38,839 nt of DNA from Guillardia theta CCMP2712 (lineage: Eukaryota > Protista > Cryptophyta), in assembly GCF_000315625.1 (NCBI RefSeq), contig NW_005434517.1, positions 1-38,839 of the forward strand, written 5' to 3'. The notes beneath the pieces are model-generated. The model made no database searches. It saw only the letters and a list, made by a program, of their open reading frames with translations, and had not been told where the DNA came from. Within the stretch, counting starts at the first letter, position 1; every line of letters starts with the position of its first letter. Positions 10,801 to 22,443 of the stretch are shown here, piece after piece. Made by a program: the position numbers and the translations under genes.

Positions 10801-12028
10801 AAACATCTTGTTGAACAACGCCTCTCGAGCTCTGATCGCAGACTTTGGTGATTATATGCTCACCTGGCTCCTCGTTGTGACTGTTTTGTCTCAAGGATGC
10901 GCTCGTAGGATGACCAGCGAGTCTGGCTACAACTCAACCACCATCTCCGGGAGGTATCCTGACATCTCCTGTCTTGATATCTTGCTGTTGGTCCGAGTCT
11001 CAAACTTCGCATGTCAGCCCTGCCTACATGCCGCCTGAACAGCTCACCGGGGCCACCTTGACCTTGAAGTCAGGTGAGCAACTTCAACACCGCAAAATCC
11101 CTTCCCTTGCTCCCTCCTCTTGTCAAACTCCCCTTCTGAAGCTTGCTCCTACCAGACGTCTTTGCCTACGGAGTTCTCCTCTGGGAGCTCCTCTCTGAGC
11201 AGGTCCTGCTCCCAGCTCGGGACCAGCTGCCCCTGACATCCACCAGGTCCCTCACGTCGACCTCATGAACAACCTGGACAAGATTCGAGCTCGCGTGACC
11301 CGTGGGGATCGTCTCCTCCCGATCTCCGAGGGCCTCCTGTCCAAGGAGCACACCTTCCGCTACAACGCCCTCATCCGACGAGCGACAAACTCTATCCCCA
11401 AGGTCCCGACCCTGACCCTTTTCCGTTGATGATGCCCCCTCCTGCCCTGACCTCTCTTGCTGCTTTGCGCGAGCTGTGCTGCTGAAGGCTCTGCTGCTGC
11501 TGAAGACTCTGCAGGCGAGGCCGAGCATTGGGGAGATGCGCGAGGCCCTGAAGGCTCTCTTTGACGAATCCTGGTGGGACAAGCTTCTTGGGGACCATCT
11601 GACTAGCTGCAGGTTTGAAGCCACGTGGGAGCGAGGGAGGAGCGACTTAGAGACTTCGCTGCGAGCGTTCTATCAGGTATCAACCGGGAAGTTGTTTCCT
11701 TCCTTCATTTGAGTCTCTCTGCCGTGCTCCTCCTTTTGTTTGAAACAACTTTTGTCAACCTCCATCTTCCGAAGTTCAGCTTGTCTTCTGCTCTTGTCTT
11801 TTGACAAATTCTCCAGGAATACAACCCAGCCAAAGTAGTTGATGCATATGCCGTGTCGGAGGAGGTGAGGGAGATTCCTCACTTGTGCTGGGATAAGTGA
11901 GCTGATTCGATCAGTTCTTCGGCAATGAGGCAGAGCTCAACAAGAAGCTGGTCGATCGTTACAAACGAGGGCTGAGGTTGGTGACTTGATGTGAATTAGA
12001 TGATATGACGAGTGTTGGCAGGCTGTGA
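7900..12028 (+). CDS. Multi-exon coiled-coil + PDZ + tyrosine-kinase-like protein kinase (start approximate)
   Basis: PDZ: ITGVGLTLEAP...VSSVTVGGSAFASNKISKGDILVAV...LVLGPEGTDVTLK. Kinase after splicing: IDSGTFSTIEK, VAVKR, LEHPCVCQYYG, HRDLSSRNILL, IADFGCARR, YMPPE, DVFAYGVLLWELL. Many short introns; stop TGA 12026-12028. Confidence 0.8.
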
Positions 12029-12532
12029 GTTTCAGATTTCTAGTGCGAGAAACGCTCTCCATGTGTGTTGTATAGTTTTTTGTTCATTAGCTCTACAAAC
12101 ACAAATTCTTTCATTTCTCAAAAGTTTGTGATTCATTTCAGTTTTCGACGTGAAAAGTCCGCTGTTTCCTCCCGGAAGCTTTACCCGTTGATATCCCTGT
12201 CAATTTTGAAAGTGTCAGAATAGCGCATTCGCTAGAACTGGAGGGGCAACATTGGCAGACATTTGCCTCACACGAGTCACGAAAGACATCAAAATTTTTG
12301 ACATCACTGCTTTGCGGGCTCTTACCTCCGCGCTCAAATTCTATGGGTTTGGGGGATCAGAGGCAGGGAGATAGGGTGGGAGGACTGTCTTATGCTTTCT
12401 TCTGACCTGCAGATGGCAGAGCGTCCAAGGATGCTGTTGTTTCGTTCCCGTCCTCACTTAGTCAAACCTGTTAAAAAAAAGCAAGGATGAGAATCGAGAT
12501 GTCAAGTACGTGTGAGCATGTGTCAGGTATAT

Positions 12533-12889
12533 GTGCATGCCATCGGTGGAAAGAAGACCATGAGTTTATTCTCAGCGGCCGAAGCCTCAATCCTGTTGAG
12601 CTTGATAAAATGAATCCTCATCTGGCATGCTAGGTGTTGTGGTATGGAAGTGAACAGCAGAATGAGCCTTACCTTTCGATCGATGTGAAGAAGCGAGCAG
12701 TCCCAAGTCCAGATGTTGACCAAGACTAAGAACGAAGGAATCTGAGAGAGAAGGGTCAGGGGCTGCCAGGACCAAAGGCTCATAGTTCAACACAGGGTGA
12801 ATGCCATCAGTAAAGAAGAAGACATAGAAAGTAATTTCATTGGCAGGCCTCAACCTGTTGAGCTTGATAAACAAATGATCCTCATCGGC
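12533..12889 (+). repeat. Degenerate ~90-bp direct repeat (about 12533-12627 and 12797-12889), probable decayed coding fragment
   Basis: Both copies share gcctcaa(t)cctgttgagcttgataaa...atcctcatc(t)ggca. The second copy reads PQPVELDKQMILIG. Confidence 0.6.
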
Positions 12890-13552
12890 AAACAAGAACG
12901 AGAGACAAAGGAAGAAGAACCTCCTCTCTTTCTCCCTCTCCTCCTCTCTTTCTCCCCCTCCTCTCCTTTTCTTACATTCTCCTTTCGCCTCGTGCCCACT
13001 CACCCCCCACCCCAAATACACCCTTCCCCTGACCCCTACCATCAAAGGAACATTTTCCTGAGTACCCCCACGAATTCTGTTAAGGCACTGAATTAGTACC
13101 CGTAGTCTTACCACCCTCACCCCCTACAGGGACCTTTTGTTCCCGGGGCTGTAGAGGCAGGCTATAACACGTGCAGCCCCTTCATCTCCCTCATTCTCAT
13201 TTCATCCCCCTCATTCTTTTCAACCCTCATCCCCTACTGACCCACCCACTTTTCCATGATGCAGCATGCAATGGGCGCATCGCGTAGAAGGGAGAGACGC
13301 CAGCAGGGACGATGAGGAGGACGAGGACGAGGATGAGGACGAGGACGAGAAGACAGAAGGAGAGACATGAAGACCTCGAGTGAACCGAGCGAGTGCAAGC
13401 AAGTCATCGTCAAGGCAGGTGATCCCTTGCAAGCCTGCTTCAGTCTCGTCGAAACCGAGCATGGCCCGAGCTATGTCCTGAGGTAGACGAGGTCGGTCTC
13501 ACAGGTCCGTCAACATGAATCTTCATGTTTAGCTGCCTCCATCTCACAGAGG

Positions 13553-14909
13553 ATGGCATCATGCTTGAAGGGAGGTCGCCGAGGGTTGGACAGGCTGCTG
13601 CTGCTTCTCCTGTTGTTCTGTGGCTCATGCAAATTTGCCGGATCCCGCGAGGCGAGCAAGAGCAAGTCACGTTTGAAGAGAGGAGAGAGGGCAGGAGGGT
13701 ACGACGACGAGAGCAGCAGCAGCTTCGATGCTGTGGGTCTTGTAGAGCAGGAGCTCCATGGGGGATTCGGCAAAGGGAAAGAGACTCCACGGAAGAGAAA
13801 GGAGAGAGCGAAGGAACCAAGACCAACCGATAGAACCAGACGGGAGAGAGAGGGATTGAAGGAGGAGAAGAAGGGGAAGGGGAAGGGGAAGGAGAAGGAG
13901 AAGAAGGGAAGGGAAGAAGAAGGATAGGCACAAAGCTGATGGCAAGGAAAACAAACACAGCTCGAGCGATGAAAGGAGCAGCTTGTCAGACAGTGAGGAG
14001 TCATTGGGAGAAGGACGTCGGAAGTTTCTGATGGGAGAAGACATGAACCCTCACGCTGACGTGTCAGTCTCTGACTACTCGGACGACACCAGTGATCTTT
14101 CAAGTACAGTTACTGAGTCCTCGGCCGAACGACATGACGGTGGAGGAGGGAGTAGAGAGGGAGAGAGGGGGGAGGTGTTCATGATGCGGCACGAGTGGCG
14201 GTCGAGCTCTGGAGGGGAGGAGGAGGAGGAGGAGGAGGAGGAGGAGGAGGGAGGAGGTATAGGAGAGGAGACGAGGTGGGAAAAAGGAGCAGCAAGTGAC
14301 AGGGAGGTGGAGAAGATCGAGGACAGGCTCCTGTCTTCCATGAGCAAGTACTCGCACCAGCAGCAGCTCCCTGCTGGCTTCGGAGACCCATCCTTTGTGG
14401 CTCCTCACGACATGAGGGACATCTCGCAACACCCTGACAGCCCTGTCTTCGTGTGCAAGGGCGCGGTGAAGGAGCGAAAGATTGAGCCAGACATCATGAG
14501 TAAGAGCATGGCGCTTGTGTACGAGGCTGCAGAGGAGCTTGGGGAGCGGTACCTGGAGGAAGCGACGTTTCTAGCTCGGCTCCCGCACAGGAGAAAGGAG
14601 GACGGGAGCATACCTGAGTACCTGGAGCAGAACAAGGAGGAGACATTCATGACGTGGCTGTACGAGGGAGTGGCCCCCAACAATTCCAAGACGTTCGACA
14701 ACCTGATTGAGTACGTGGGGGCCAGGTCAAAGCTTTCAGCTGGGATAGTACCTGGGACCACGGAGGCGAGTGAGACCATGTGGAGGATGGAGCAGAGGAG
14801 AATAGAGCTGGAAAAGAACATGACACTGGAGGGGGGAGGAAGCGTGCAGAAGAGCCGTGCTCTGACATGGGACGAGGCCATGCAGGAGAGGGCCTTGGCA
14901 AGAAGGCCT

Positions 14910-14942
<33 letters not shown>

Positions 14943-15388
14943 GGAAGCGACCCGACCGCGGGGAGGATCACGGAGCAGCCTCGGCTTGACGAGCGAGAGA
15001 AGGAGCTGATCATGATTAACAAGGTGAGTGTAGATGTATGTCTGCATGCCTTGGCCCGATTTTTTCCTTTTGCATTCGCTCCTTCCCTCGTCCTCGTCCT
15101 CGTCCTCGTCCTTCTTCTCTTCCTCCTCGTCCTCGTCCTTGTCCTCGTCCTCGTCCTTCTTCTCTTCCTCCTCCTATCGTCCTCGTCCTCGTCCTCATCC
15201 TCCCCCTCTCCTCATGGAGGTGGCTTGATGACGATTTGGAATGGCAGGAGCTGATCACGAAGTCGCTTAACAACGAGAGTTTTGAAATGAGGGAGACAAT
15301 TCCCATCGTTGTCCCTCGTTGGGTGATAGAGAGTTACGGTGACGCGTACAAGCACCTCCTTCCTCAGAAGGAGTCTCTCAAGGTTGTC

Positions 15389-15420
<32 letters not shown>

Positions 15421-15445
15421 CTGCTCCTGCTCCTGCTCCCTGCTC

Positions 15446-15489
<44 letters not shown>

Positions 15490-15842
15490 CTGCTCCTGCT
15501 CCCTGCTCCTGCTCCTTTCTCCTCGTCCTTATCTTTCCCCTCGTCCTTGTCCTCACCCTTGTTCTCATCCTCGTTCTCCCTGCCTCCCTCCATCTTTCGT
15601 CTGCTTCCTGACCGCTGTTCTCACCCCTCTCAACAGCAACAACTCGCGCACAGAGATGCTGCAGGCAACACCATCCGAGCCATCATGTCCGCCAAAACTC
15701 TCCGGTCCCTAGTCCCGGTCAAGAGTGCGGGCCCGTTGAAGCTCGTGCGCGATGCTCCTTGGTTTGCTGCTCTGCCCTGACGTTGCTCTACAGACTGAGG
15801 AGGAGAAGAAGGAGAAGGCATTAGCAGAACAGGTCCTCACCC

Positions 15843-15897
<55 letters not shown>

Positions 15898-15967
15898 GTC
15901 TTCTTCTTCTGCTTCTTCTTCTGCTTCTTCTTCTTCTGTTTCTGCTGCTGCTGCTGCTGCTGCTGCT

Positions 15968-15999
<32 letters not shown>

Positions 16000-16991
16000 T
16001 CTTGTCGTATGCTTGCTAAACTGTTGCAGGCTGAAAAAGACAGAAAGCTGTCCAAGTATGAGTACGTGGAGAAGTACAGAGAGGAGGTGGGACAAGGGGA
16101 GGATGACTGGGGAAGGAGAGCGAGGAGGAGGAGGAACAAGGAGGGAGGGATGGGGAGGGAGGAAGGAGAGGAGGGGGATGGAGATGACGGGTGATTGATA
16201 GGTTGAAGAGATCGGTGCAACGGCTCTCAGCCCTGTTGTTCGTAAGACTTGGTTGATCGAACAGGTTTGCTATTTACACAAGATCATACCATCCTGCTTT
16301 TGTTGTGATCAATTATCATGATCTCCTTCCTTGATTGTTTCTCATTCATTCTTTCTGCATTCCTCTGTTCTCCCGTTCCCTCATGACTTTTGCTTGTGAG
16401 CTCTGAATTCTTTCCTTCTTTTTCATTCGTCCTTGTGTAGGCTGCTCGAAAGCACGGTCACGTTATGAAGGGTAAATAACTTCTGCTCCCCCCCACCTCG
16501 TCCTCGTCCTCCTTCTCGTCCTCCTTCTCGTCGTCCTCCTCCTTCTCGTCCTCCTCCTTCTCGTCCTCTTTCTGCATCTCCTCCTTCTCCTTCTCTTCCT
16601 CCTCCTCGTCCTCGTCCTCCTCGTCAACCTCCTCCTCCTCCTCGTCAACCTCCTCCTCGTCCTCGTCCTCCTCGTCAACATCTTCGTCCTCCTCCTCCTC
16701 CTCCTCCTCGTTCTCGTCCTCCTCCTCCTCCTCCTCGACCTCCTCGACCTCCTCGACAATTTCCATCACCACCACCACCATGATCTTCTCCTCGTTAGCT
16801 TCTTCATATTTCTCCTCATCCTCTTCCTTTCTTTCTATATTCTCCTCTTTCCATCCTCCAATTTTGCTGATCTTGTTCGTTCGCGAAATATTCACACTTT
16901 CAACAGGACGAAGTTTGTCCCATTATAACATCGATGGCGTCACAAATCTCTCGGTCCCCCCCCCCCCCCCCTCGTCCTCCACCTCCTCCTC

Positions 16992-17027
<36 letters not shown>

Positions 17028-17069
17028 TTCATCATCATCATCATCATCATCACCACCACCACCACCACC

Positions 17070-17121
<52 letters not shown>

Positions 17122-17295
17122 CTACCTCATGCTCTCCTGCGTCCTTCCCCTCCTCATCTGATCTCCTCTCCTTGCCGCTCTTGTTCTCCTGTACCATTTT
17201 CGGCTTCTCAAATCGTCTCGCAGGCTGTCCCGAAGAATGTCTGGATACCTCCAGAACAGTACAGGAACATGAGAAGGAAGCTGAAGGAGAGGTAA
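13553..17295 (+). CDS. Hypothetical signal-peptide protein, multi-exon, with microsatellite-filled introns
   Basis: Hydrophobic N-terminus (DRLLLLLLLFCGSC) and long exon 13983-15023. Later exons splice in frame: ...EKYREE/VEEIGATALSPVVRKTWLIEQ/AARKHGHVMKG/RSLSHYNIDGVTNLS/AVPKNVWIPPEQYRNMRRKLKER*. The frame break at ~13910 is fixed by two G-run additions. Confidence 0.6.
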
Positions 17296-18503
17296 ACGAA
17301 GAGGTGGCAAGGGGCGAAAACTGAGGAGGAGGAGGAGGAGGAGGAGGAGGAGGAGTGTATGTGAGGTGTGGAGCACGGGGTAGGAGGAGGAGGGCAGGGA
17401 AGAAGGTGCTGAGGGATCAACAGGTACGAGAAGGCGAAGAAGAGAGCGAGGGAACAAGGAGATCAGGTAAAAGACTGGAAGGGTCGAGATGAGAGGATGG
17501 TCGGATAGAAGATGGGGAGCTGTGGAGGAGAAGATCTCTCTCCTTGCTCCTCGTCTTCGCCCTTCTGCCCCAACCATCCTCGTCCTGTCGCTCCTCCCCT
17601 TTGTACTCCTCTACGAATTCAGGATGGTCCGATAGAAACTGGGGAGTTGTTGAGCCGGAAGGGGGCAGGCGGGGACGAGAGATGAGGAGGTGGGAATAGG
17701 CGGAAAAGTACAGGAGAGAGACACAGCAGAAAAGGAGGAGGGAGGGGAAGGGGGAATGGGGGGGGGGCGTGGGGGGCAGGGAGGGAGGGAGGGAAGGAGG
17801 GANNNNNNNNNNNNNNNNNNNNNNNNNNNNNNNNNNNNNNNNNNNNNNNNNNNNNNNNNNNNNNNNNNNNNNNNNNNNNNNNNNNNNNNNNNNNNNNNNN
17901 NNGCAGTGAGCTACAGCATGCTTCCTCCTCCTCCTGCACTTGCTTCTCCTCCTCCTCCTCCTCCTGCACTTGCTTCTCCTCCTCCTCCTCCTGCACGTCC
18001 TTCTCCTCCTCCTCCTCCTCCTCCTCCTGCACGTCCTTCTCCTCCTCCTCCTGCACTTGCTTCTCCTCTTCCTCTTCCTCTTCCTCTTCCTTTTCTTGTT
18101 GCGTCTCCTCGTCCTTGTCCTCTTCCTCTTGCGTCTCCTCGTCCCCCCTTTTGCTCCTCCTCCATTTCCTCCAATCCCTCTCCCCACCCTCTTGCTATTT
18201 GTCCTTGTTCCCAATATGCTCTTCCTCCACATCTCCCGTTTGACCCTTTCCATCTGCTTCTTGTCCTCTTCCTGGCTTCCTTCATCTTCATCCTCCTCGT
18301 CCTCGTCCTCGTTTTTGCGATTGCCGCCCTCCTCCTCCTCCTCCTCCTCCTCCTCCTCCTCCTTCTCCTCGTCTCCTGATCTCCGAGTGCAGGGAGGAGG
18401 AAGGACAGAGCCACAGGGAAGAGGAGGAGAGGACCTTACGGCCTGATGATGCGCGGGTCATAGTTCAACTTCTCTCATGTACAGCAAACAAACATATGCC
18501 AAG

Positions 18504-18541
<38 letters not shown>

Positions 18542-18560
18542 GTGCTCCTGCTTTTGCTTT

Positions 18561-18599
<39 letters not shown>

Positions 18600-18602
18600 C
18601 CC

Positions 18603-18661
<59 letters not shown>

Positions 18662-18720
18662 CTTGTGCTCTAATTCTCGTGTCGCCGACCCCTCACTCCC
18701 CCTCCTCTTCTCCTTCCTCT
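15030..18720. repeat. Cluster of low-complexity/microsatellite tracts, mostly intronic
   Basis: (gtcctc)n, (cctgct)n, (gct)n, (gcg)n, (tca/cca)n, (ctc)n and (gctcgt)n tracts. Confidence 0.9.
17417..18480 (-). CDS. Probable fragmentary multi-exon hypothetical gene spanning an assembly gap
   Basis: Exon-like pieces with plausible splice sites: EKLNYDPRIIR|gtaagg, QMERVKREMWRKSILGTRTNSKR|gtgggg, cag|FLSDHPEFVEEYKGEE...*. Confidence 0.3.
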
Positions 18721-18802
18721 TCACCCTGCTGTCCGAGGTCAGACCTTCTCCCTCTCCCCCTGCTTCCTTCATCTGTCCATCTCTCCTCGCGTCCTCCTTG
18801 CT

Positions 18803-21323
18803 TCAGATTCCCATCTTCCGCAGGTCTGCTCGAAGTTCTGTCAGACTCTCTCTCGTCATCTCCTCCGCCGCACGCAGGAAGTGACTGGAGCTCGGAGCTC
18901 CCAGGATCTTGGCGACAGAGGACAGAGCAGCAGGAGACAGCTTCTTCACCGCCTCCTTCACGCTCTTGACCTCTTCCTCCTTCGCCTCGTCCGCTTGGCT
19001 CCTTCCTCTTGGAGCAAGCACATCCCGCAAGAAGGTCGACGCCTCCTTGCTCGCCCTCCCGTCCGCCATGAAACTTCCCTCCTCCTCTTGTCGCAGAGCA
19101 GCTTCAGCAGAGGTTACCGCGCTCCTCCTCTGCTCAGCGTCGTAGTACCAGACGGTGAGGGAGTGGCGGAAGTTGCGAGTAGGACGAACTTCGTGCGGGA
19201 TCGTATCAGCAAAGACATAGCGACTCGTCCACAAAGAGGGAAGTAGTCTGCATACCACCTGCTCCCTCCACCCTCCTCCTCTTCCTCCTCCTCCTCCCTC
19301 CCCTGCCCCCGTTTCTCCTTGTGGATACGGAGGGCCCCCCCGAACTCCTCCTCCCACTCAGTGTTGAGGTAGCAGAGGCAGGTGAGCACGCGGCCATCGC
19401 ATGCCGTGTTGTCGATGTGCGTCTGAAACCGCGTGTCCTTCCCCGGGTAGACTGCGAGCATGGCGTCGCTCCTCTCCACCACATGCTGCATCCTCTTTAC
19501 CTTGTGCTTCAGGTGCTCCAGCACCATCCGGTCAAGCAACTTGAGGATTTTCTTGATAGACATGAACTGAAGTGACGAGGAGGAGGAGGAGGAGGAGGAG
19601 GAGGAGGAGGAGGAGGAGACCCTGGCAGACCCTCCCTGCGACAGCTTCGACTTGATCTTAGTGCTGCAAGGCTCCACCATCCCCCTCGTCTTCGGCTGCT
19701 CTCCAGCAGAGTCGAACATCGCCACGTCCCCCTGCTGGGCGTCTGGTGGGCCCCGCACATCCAGAGCACGCGATCCCCGCGCACGTCAGGCACTTGAATC
19801 TGAGCCCCAGCAGCCGCATCCTTCCCCACCCAGATCTCAGAGGCCTCGAAGTGGGGTACTAGCGCTGCCATTTCCCTCCTCGCCTGCCTCACCAGCTCGA
19901 GCGGGATGAAGTTGTCGCACACCGCAAACCCTCCCCTGCTCAGGCTCTCCGCCACCTCCTGCATCCTCGGGCCCAGCGCCGCCTTGGCTGCCCTCCGGTC
20001 GTTCTTCTTTGCGCCCTCCTCCATCAGGAGCGCGTCGTGCACGCCCTTGAAGTCGATCGACTCTCCTCTCCTCGTCTCTGCCCCGTCGATCTGCTCCCTT
20101 GCAGGAGCGTCGCTGAGGAACGCGGGAGAGTGAGCGTGAGTGGACGAGAGGACCCCGATGAGCCCAGGAGCGCTCCTGCGCTCCCTTCCTGCCATACCCT
20201 CTGCCATACCCTCCTCCTTCCTCCTTCCTCCTCCGCTCCTCCTCGACTGCCTGATCTGCTCTGTCCTCGCCGACGCTATCGTGAGCAGGTTCTCCTTCAC
20301 CTTGTCCGGCAAGTTGCCCTCCGGCGGTTCGAGGTATCGCACTGACTGCACGCAGAGCTCTCTCACTATCTCTGCCTGCTCTGCGCACAACCCTCTGACT
20401 CCTTCCTCCAGCGCCTCTCCCTTAGGCCTCTGCTGCCCAGTACTTTGAGCCAGCGCCAGTGCCTTGAGCACCTTCAAGATCCGATTCAGAAGATCCTCCC
20501 CATCGAGGATCGGCAGATCCGCATCCCCTCCAGCTGTTGATCCTCCTCCTCCTGCTCCTGCTTCTCCTCCTCCTCCTCCCTCTGCCTCTTCCTGTCTCCT
20601 TCCCATTCGATCAGTCCTGCTCTTGTCATTCCCCGTCTCCTTCTGCACGGTCCCCTCCCTTGCAACTCCAGCCTTAGCATTCTGCCGGATGTAGTCGGCT
20701 ATAGCAAGGACCGCCTCCTCGTTGTCGATTGAGAACCTGCGACAGAAATCTTGTGCAAGCTCGAGCGGATCAGCTCCATCCTGGACCCGAATGTCGCCGT
20801 ACTTGCCACCGCCGAGCTCGATCCTCAAGATGACGCTCTTCGGCCTGCTCTCTCTCTTCTGCGGAAGCTCAGCGGGTACATCATGAGCGGGGCCGTCCTC
20901 CACAGCTCTCTCTCCTGCCTTGGAGCTCATGCTTTCCTCGATCCTCTCCTGCCCCCGGTGCTTCTCCTCCCCACCCTCGCTCTCAACCTCATTCCTGCTT
21001 GCAGCGTCCCCGCCCCCCTCCACCTCTTGTCGAGGTGTGTCCATCCTTTGGTTGGGAGGAGAAATGAACGATACATGGATCTCCAGCGTCTTCTTCTTCC
21101 TCCTCCACTTGGCCCTGACTCCGTCAGGGTCTGCTGCCAGGGGCAGGGGTACCTGAAGCTCATACAGCCCTTTCACAGAGAGTCGCAGAGTCTTCTCGCA
21201 GACGGCAAGCTCGACGTCTTCCATCGTCTCCACGGCCTCAAGCTCAACTTCTACTCGTCCCTTCCTCTCTCCTCCCTCCCCTCCCTCCTCCTCATAACGC
21301 CATGCTGGCACCGCCGGTGACAT
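18803..21323 (-). CDS. 2OG-Fe(II) prolyl 4-hydroxylase of EGLN/PHD type with N-terminal CS (PIH1/HSP20-like) and PFU-like domains
   Basis: EGLN-like motifs: GFAVCDNFI, DVRGDRVLW, AMLAVYPG..FQTHIDN..DGRVLTCLCYLN.EW....GGALRI, PHEVRP..FRHSLTVWYYD (HxD...H, R). CS-like: YELQVPLPLAADPDGVRAKWRRKKKTLEIHV. PFU-like: DPLELAQDFCRRF...IADYIRQN. 1-nt homopolymer deletions at ~19750 and ~19215; intron ~19570-19625. Confidence 0.8.
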
Positions 21324-21329
21324 GGTGCT

Positions 21330-21800
21330 CCGAGTCCCAGGCTCCCGGGGCCCGGCCGGGCCGCCCGCCTGACCGGGGCAGGTGCCCCGGCGGGGTCCAG
21401 GCCCTGAGGGGCCACGCCCGGGGCGGCGCCGCCGCTGCGGCCGGCCCGCGGGCCGGGCCGGCCGGCGGTCGCCGCCGCTACGGTCACGGACCGTCGGACC
21501 CGGCTCGGCCCAACTCCGAGTCCCTCGGCGGCCGAACTTCACGCGGCGCGGTGACGGTGTGACTCGCCTCGGCAGTGCCCGCCCGGCCGCAGCCTTACTG
21601 GGTCGGAGGCTGAGTCCCGGCCGGGCTGCCGCGGACTCTGCCGGCAGGCTGCGGCCGCCATGCCATCATGATGATCGACTTCAGTGCGGCCGATCACCTG
21701 CCAGTGCCGCCGCGCGGCCGGTTCGGTCCGACGCGCGTCCGATCCGACCGTCCGATCCGGCCACTGAGTGAGGCCTGCCGCCGCCGAGCGGCACCCTCCG
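21330..21800. promoter_or_regulatory. Very GC-rich CCGG/GGCC-dense island upstream of divergent genes (putative promoter region)
   Basis: Abrupt compositional shift. Similar shorter islands occur at 1915-1990, 33160-33215 and 36960-36990, each near gene 5' ends. Confidence 0.35.
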
Positions 21801-21928
21801 TACTTACGGTACGGTATACTATCACGAACCGCCGCGAGTGAACCGTTGCCAGTGAACTTGAACGGTGGCCCGCCGGCTTCTCAACCCTCAGACACTGAGT
21901 GTTTCGTGCCTGCGTCTTGAACAAACCC

Positions 21929-22230
21929 ATGACCCTTGATGAAATCTTCTCGGACCTTAGAACGTAAGTCGCTCTCGTGGCTGATGGAGACGAGTCTGAC
22001 GGGTTGATCTCTGCTCTTCCTCGCTGCGACTGTGCGCTCGTCTCGTCGGCAAGGGTCAATGTCGTAGCCCGCGCGAGGCTGGCCGGGCCTCGTCGCCTCG
22101 ACACCAAGCTGCTGGCGTCCAGGCTGAGAAACTCCCAGTACGGGGGAGATCTCACCAACGCTCGCTCAGTGACCCTGCGCTTCACGCTCCACTCCACCGT
22201 CGTCAAGGTGTACGAGAGCAGCCCAGGGAA
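21929..22230 (+). pseudogene. TBP-like (TATA-binding-protein fold) gene fragment, left copy
   Basis: Removing intron 21964-22053 gives MTLDEIFSDLRTVNVVARARLAGPRRLDTKLLASRLRNSQY...SVTLRFTLHSTVVKVYES, resembling TBP repeat 1 (QNIVSTVNL..LDLKTIALRARNAEY...AVIMRI..TTALIFSSG). Truncated by the 156-bp deletion. Confidence 0.5.
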
Positions 22231-22443
22231 GATGATGAAGACGAGGAGGACATGCAGCAAGAAGAGCAAGGCGGAAGGAGACGGGAGACTAACTCTTTAC
22301 TTCCAACACACAACACGCACATCCCACATGCCTTCCACCGTTTGCCTTTCTTCCTGCAGTACTGCCGCGGTACGGTAGGCGCGCAAGGTCGACTCGGAGC
22401 AACCCGATGCAAGGCGAGGGACAATGATACCCTACCGTCCCAG

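Noticed and set aside
15030-18970. Many overlapping ORFs with poly-S/E/L/R/H/A or CS/PA dipeptide repeats
   Set aside because: Translations of stop-free intronic microsatellites.
21324-21771. Arg/Gly/Pro-rich ORFs and the N-terminal extension of the 677-aa ORF
   Set aside because: Stop-poor GC island; the credible start is MSPAVPAW at 21323.
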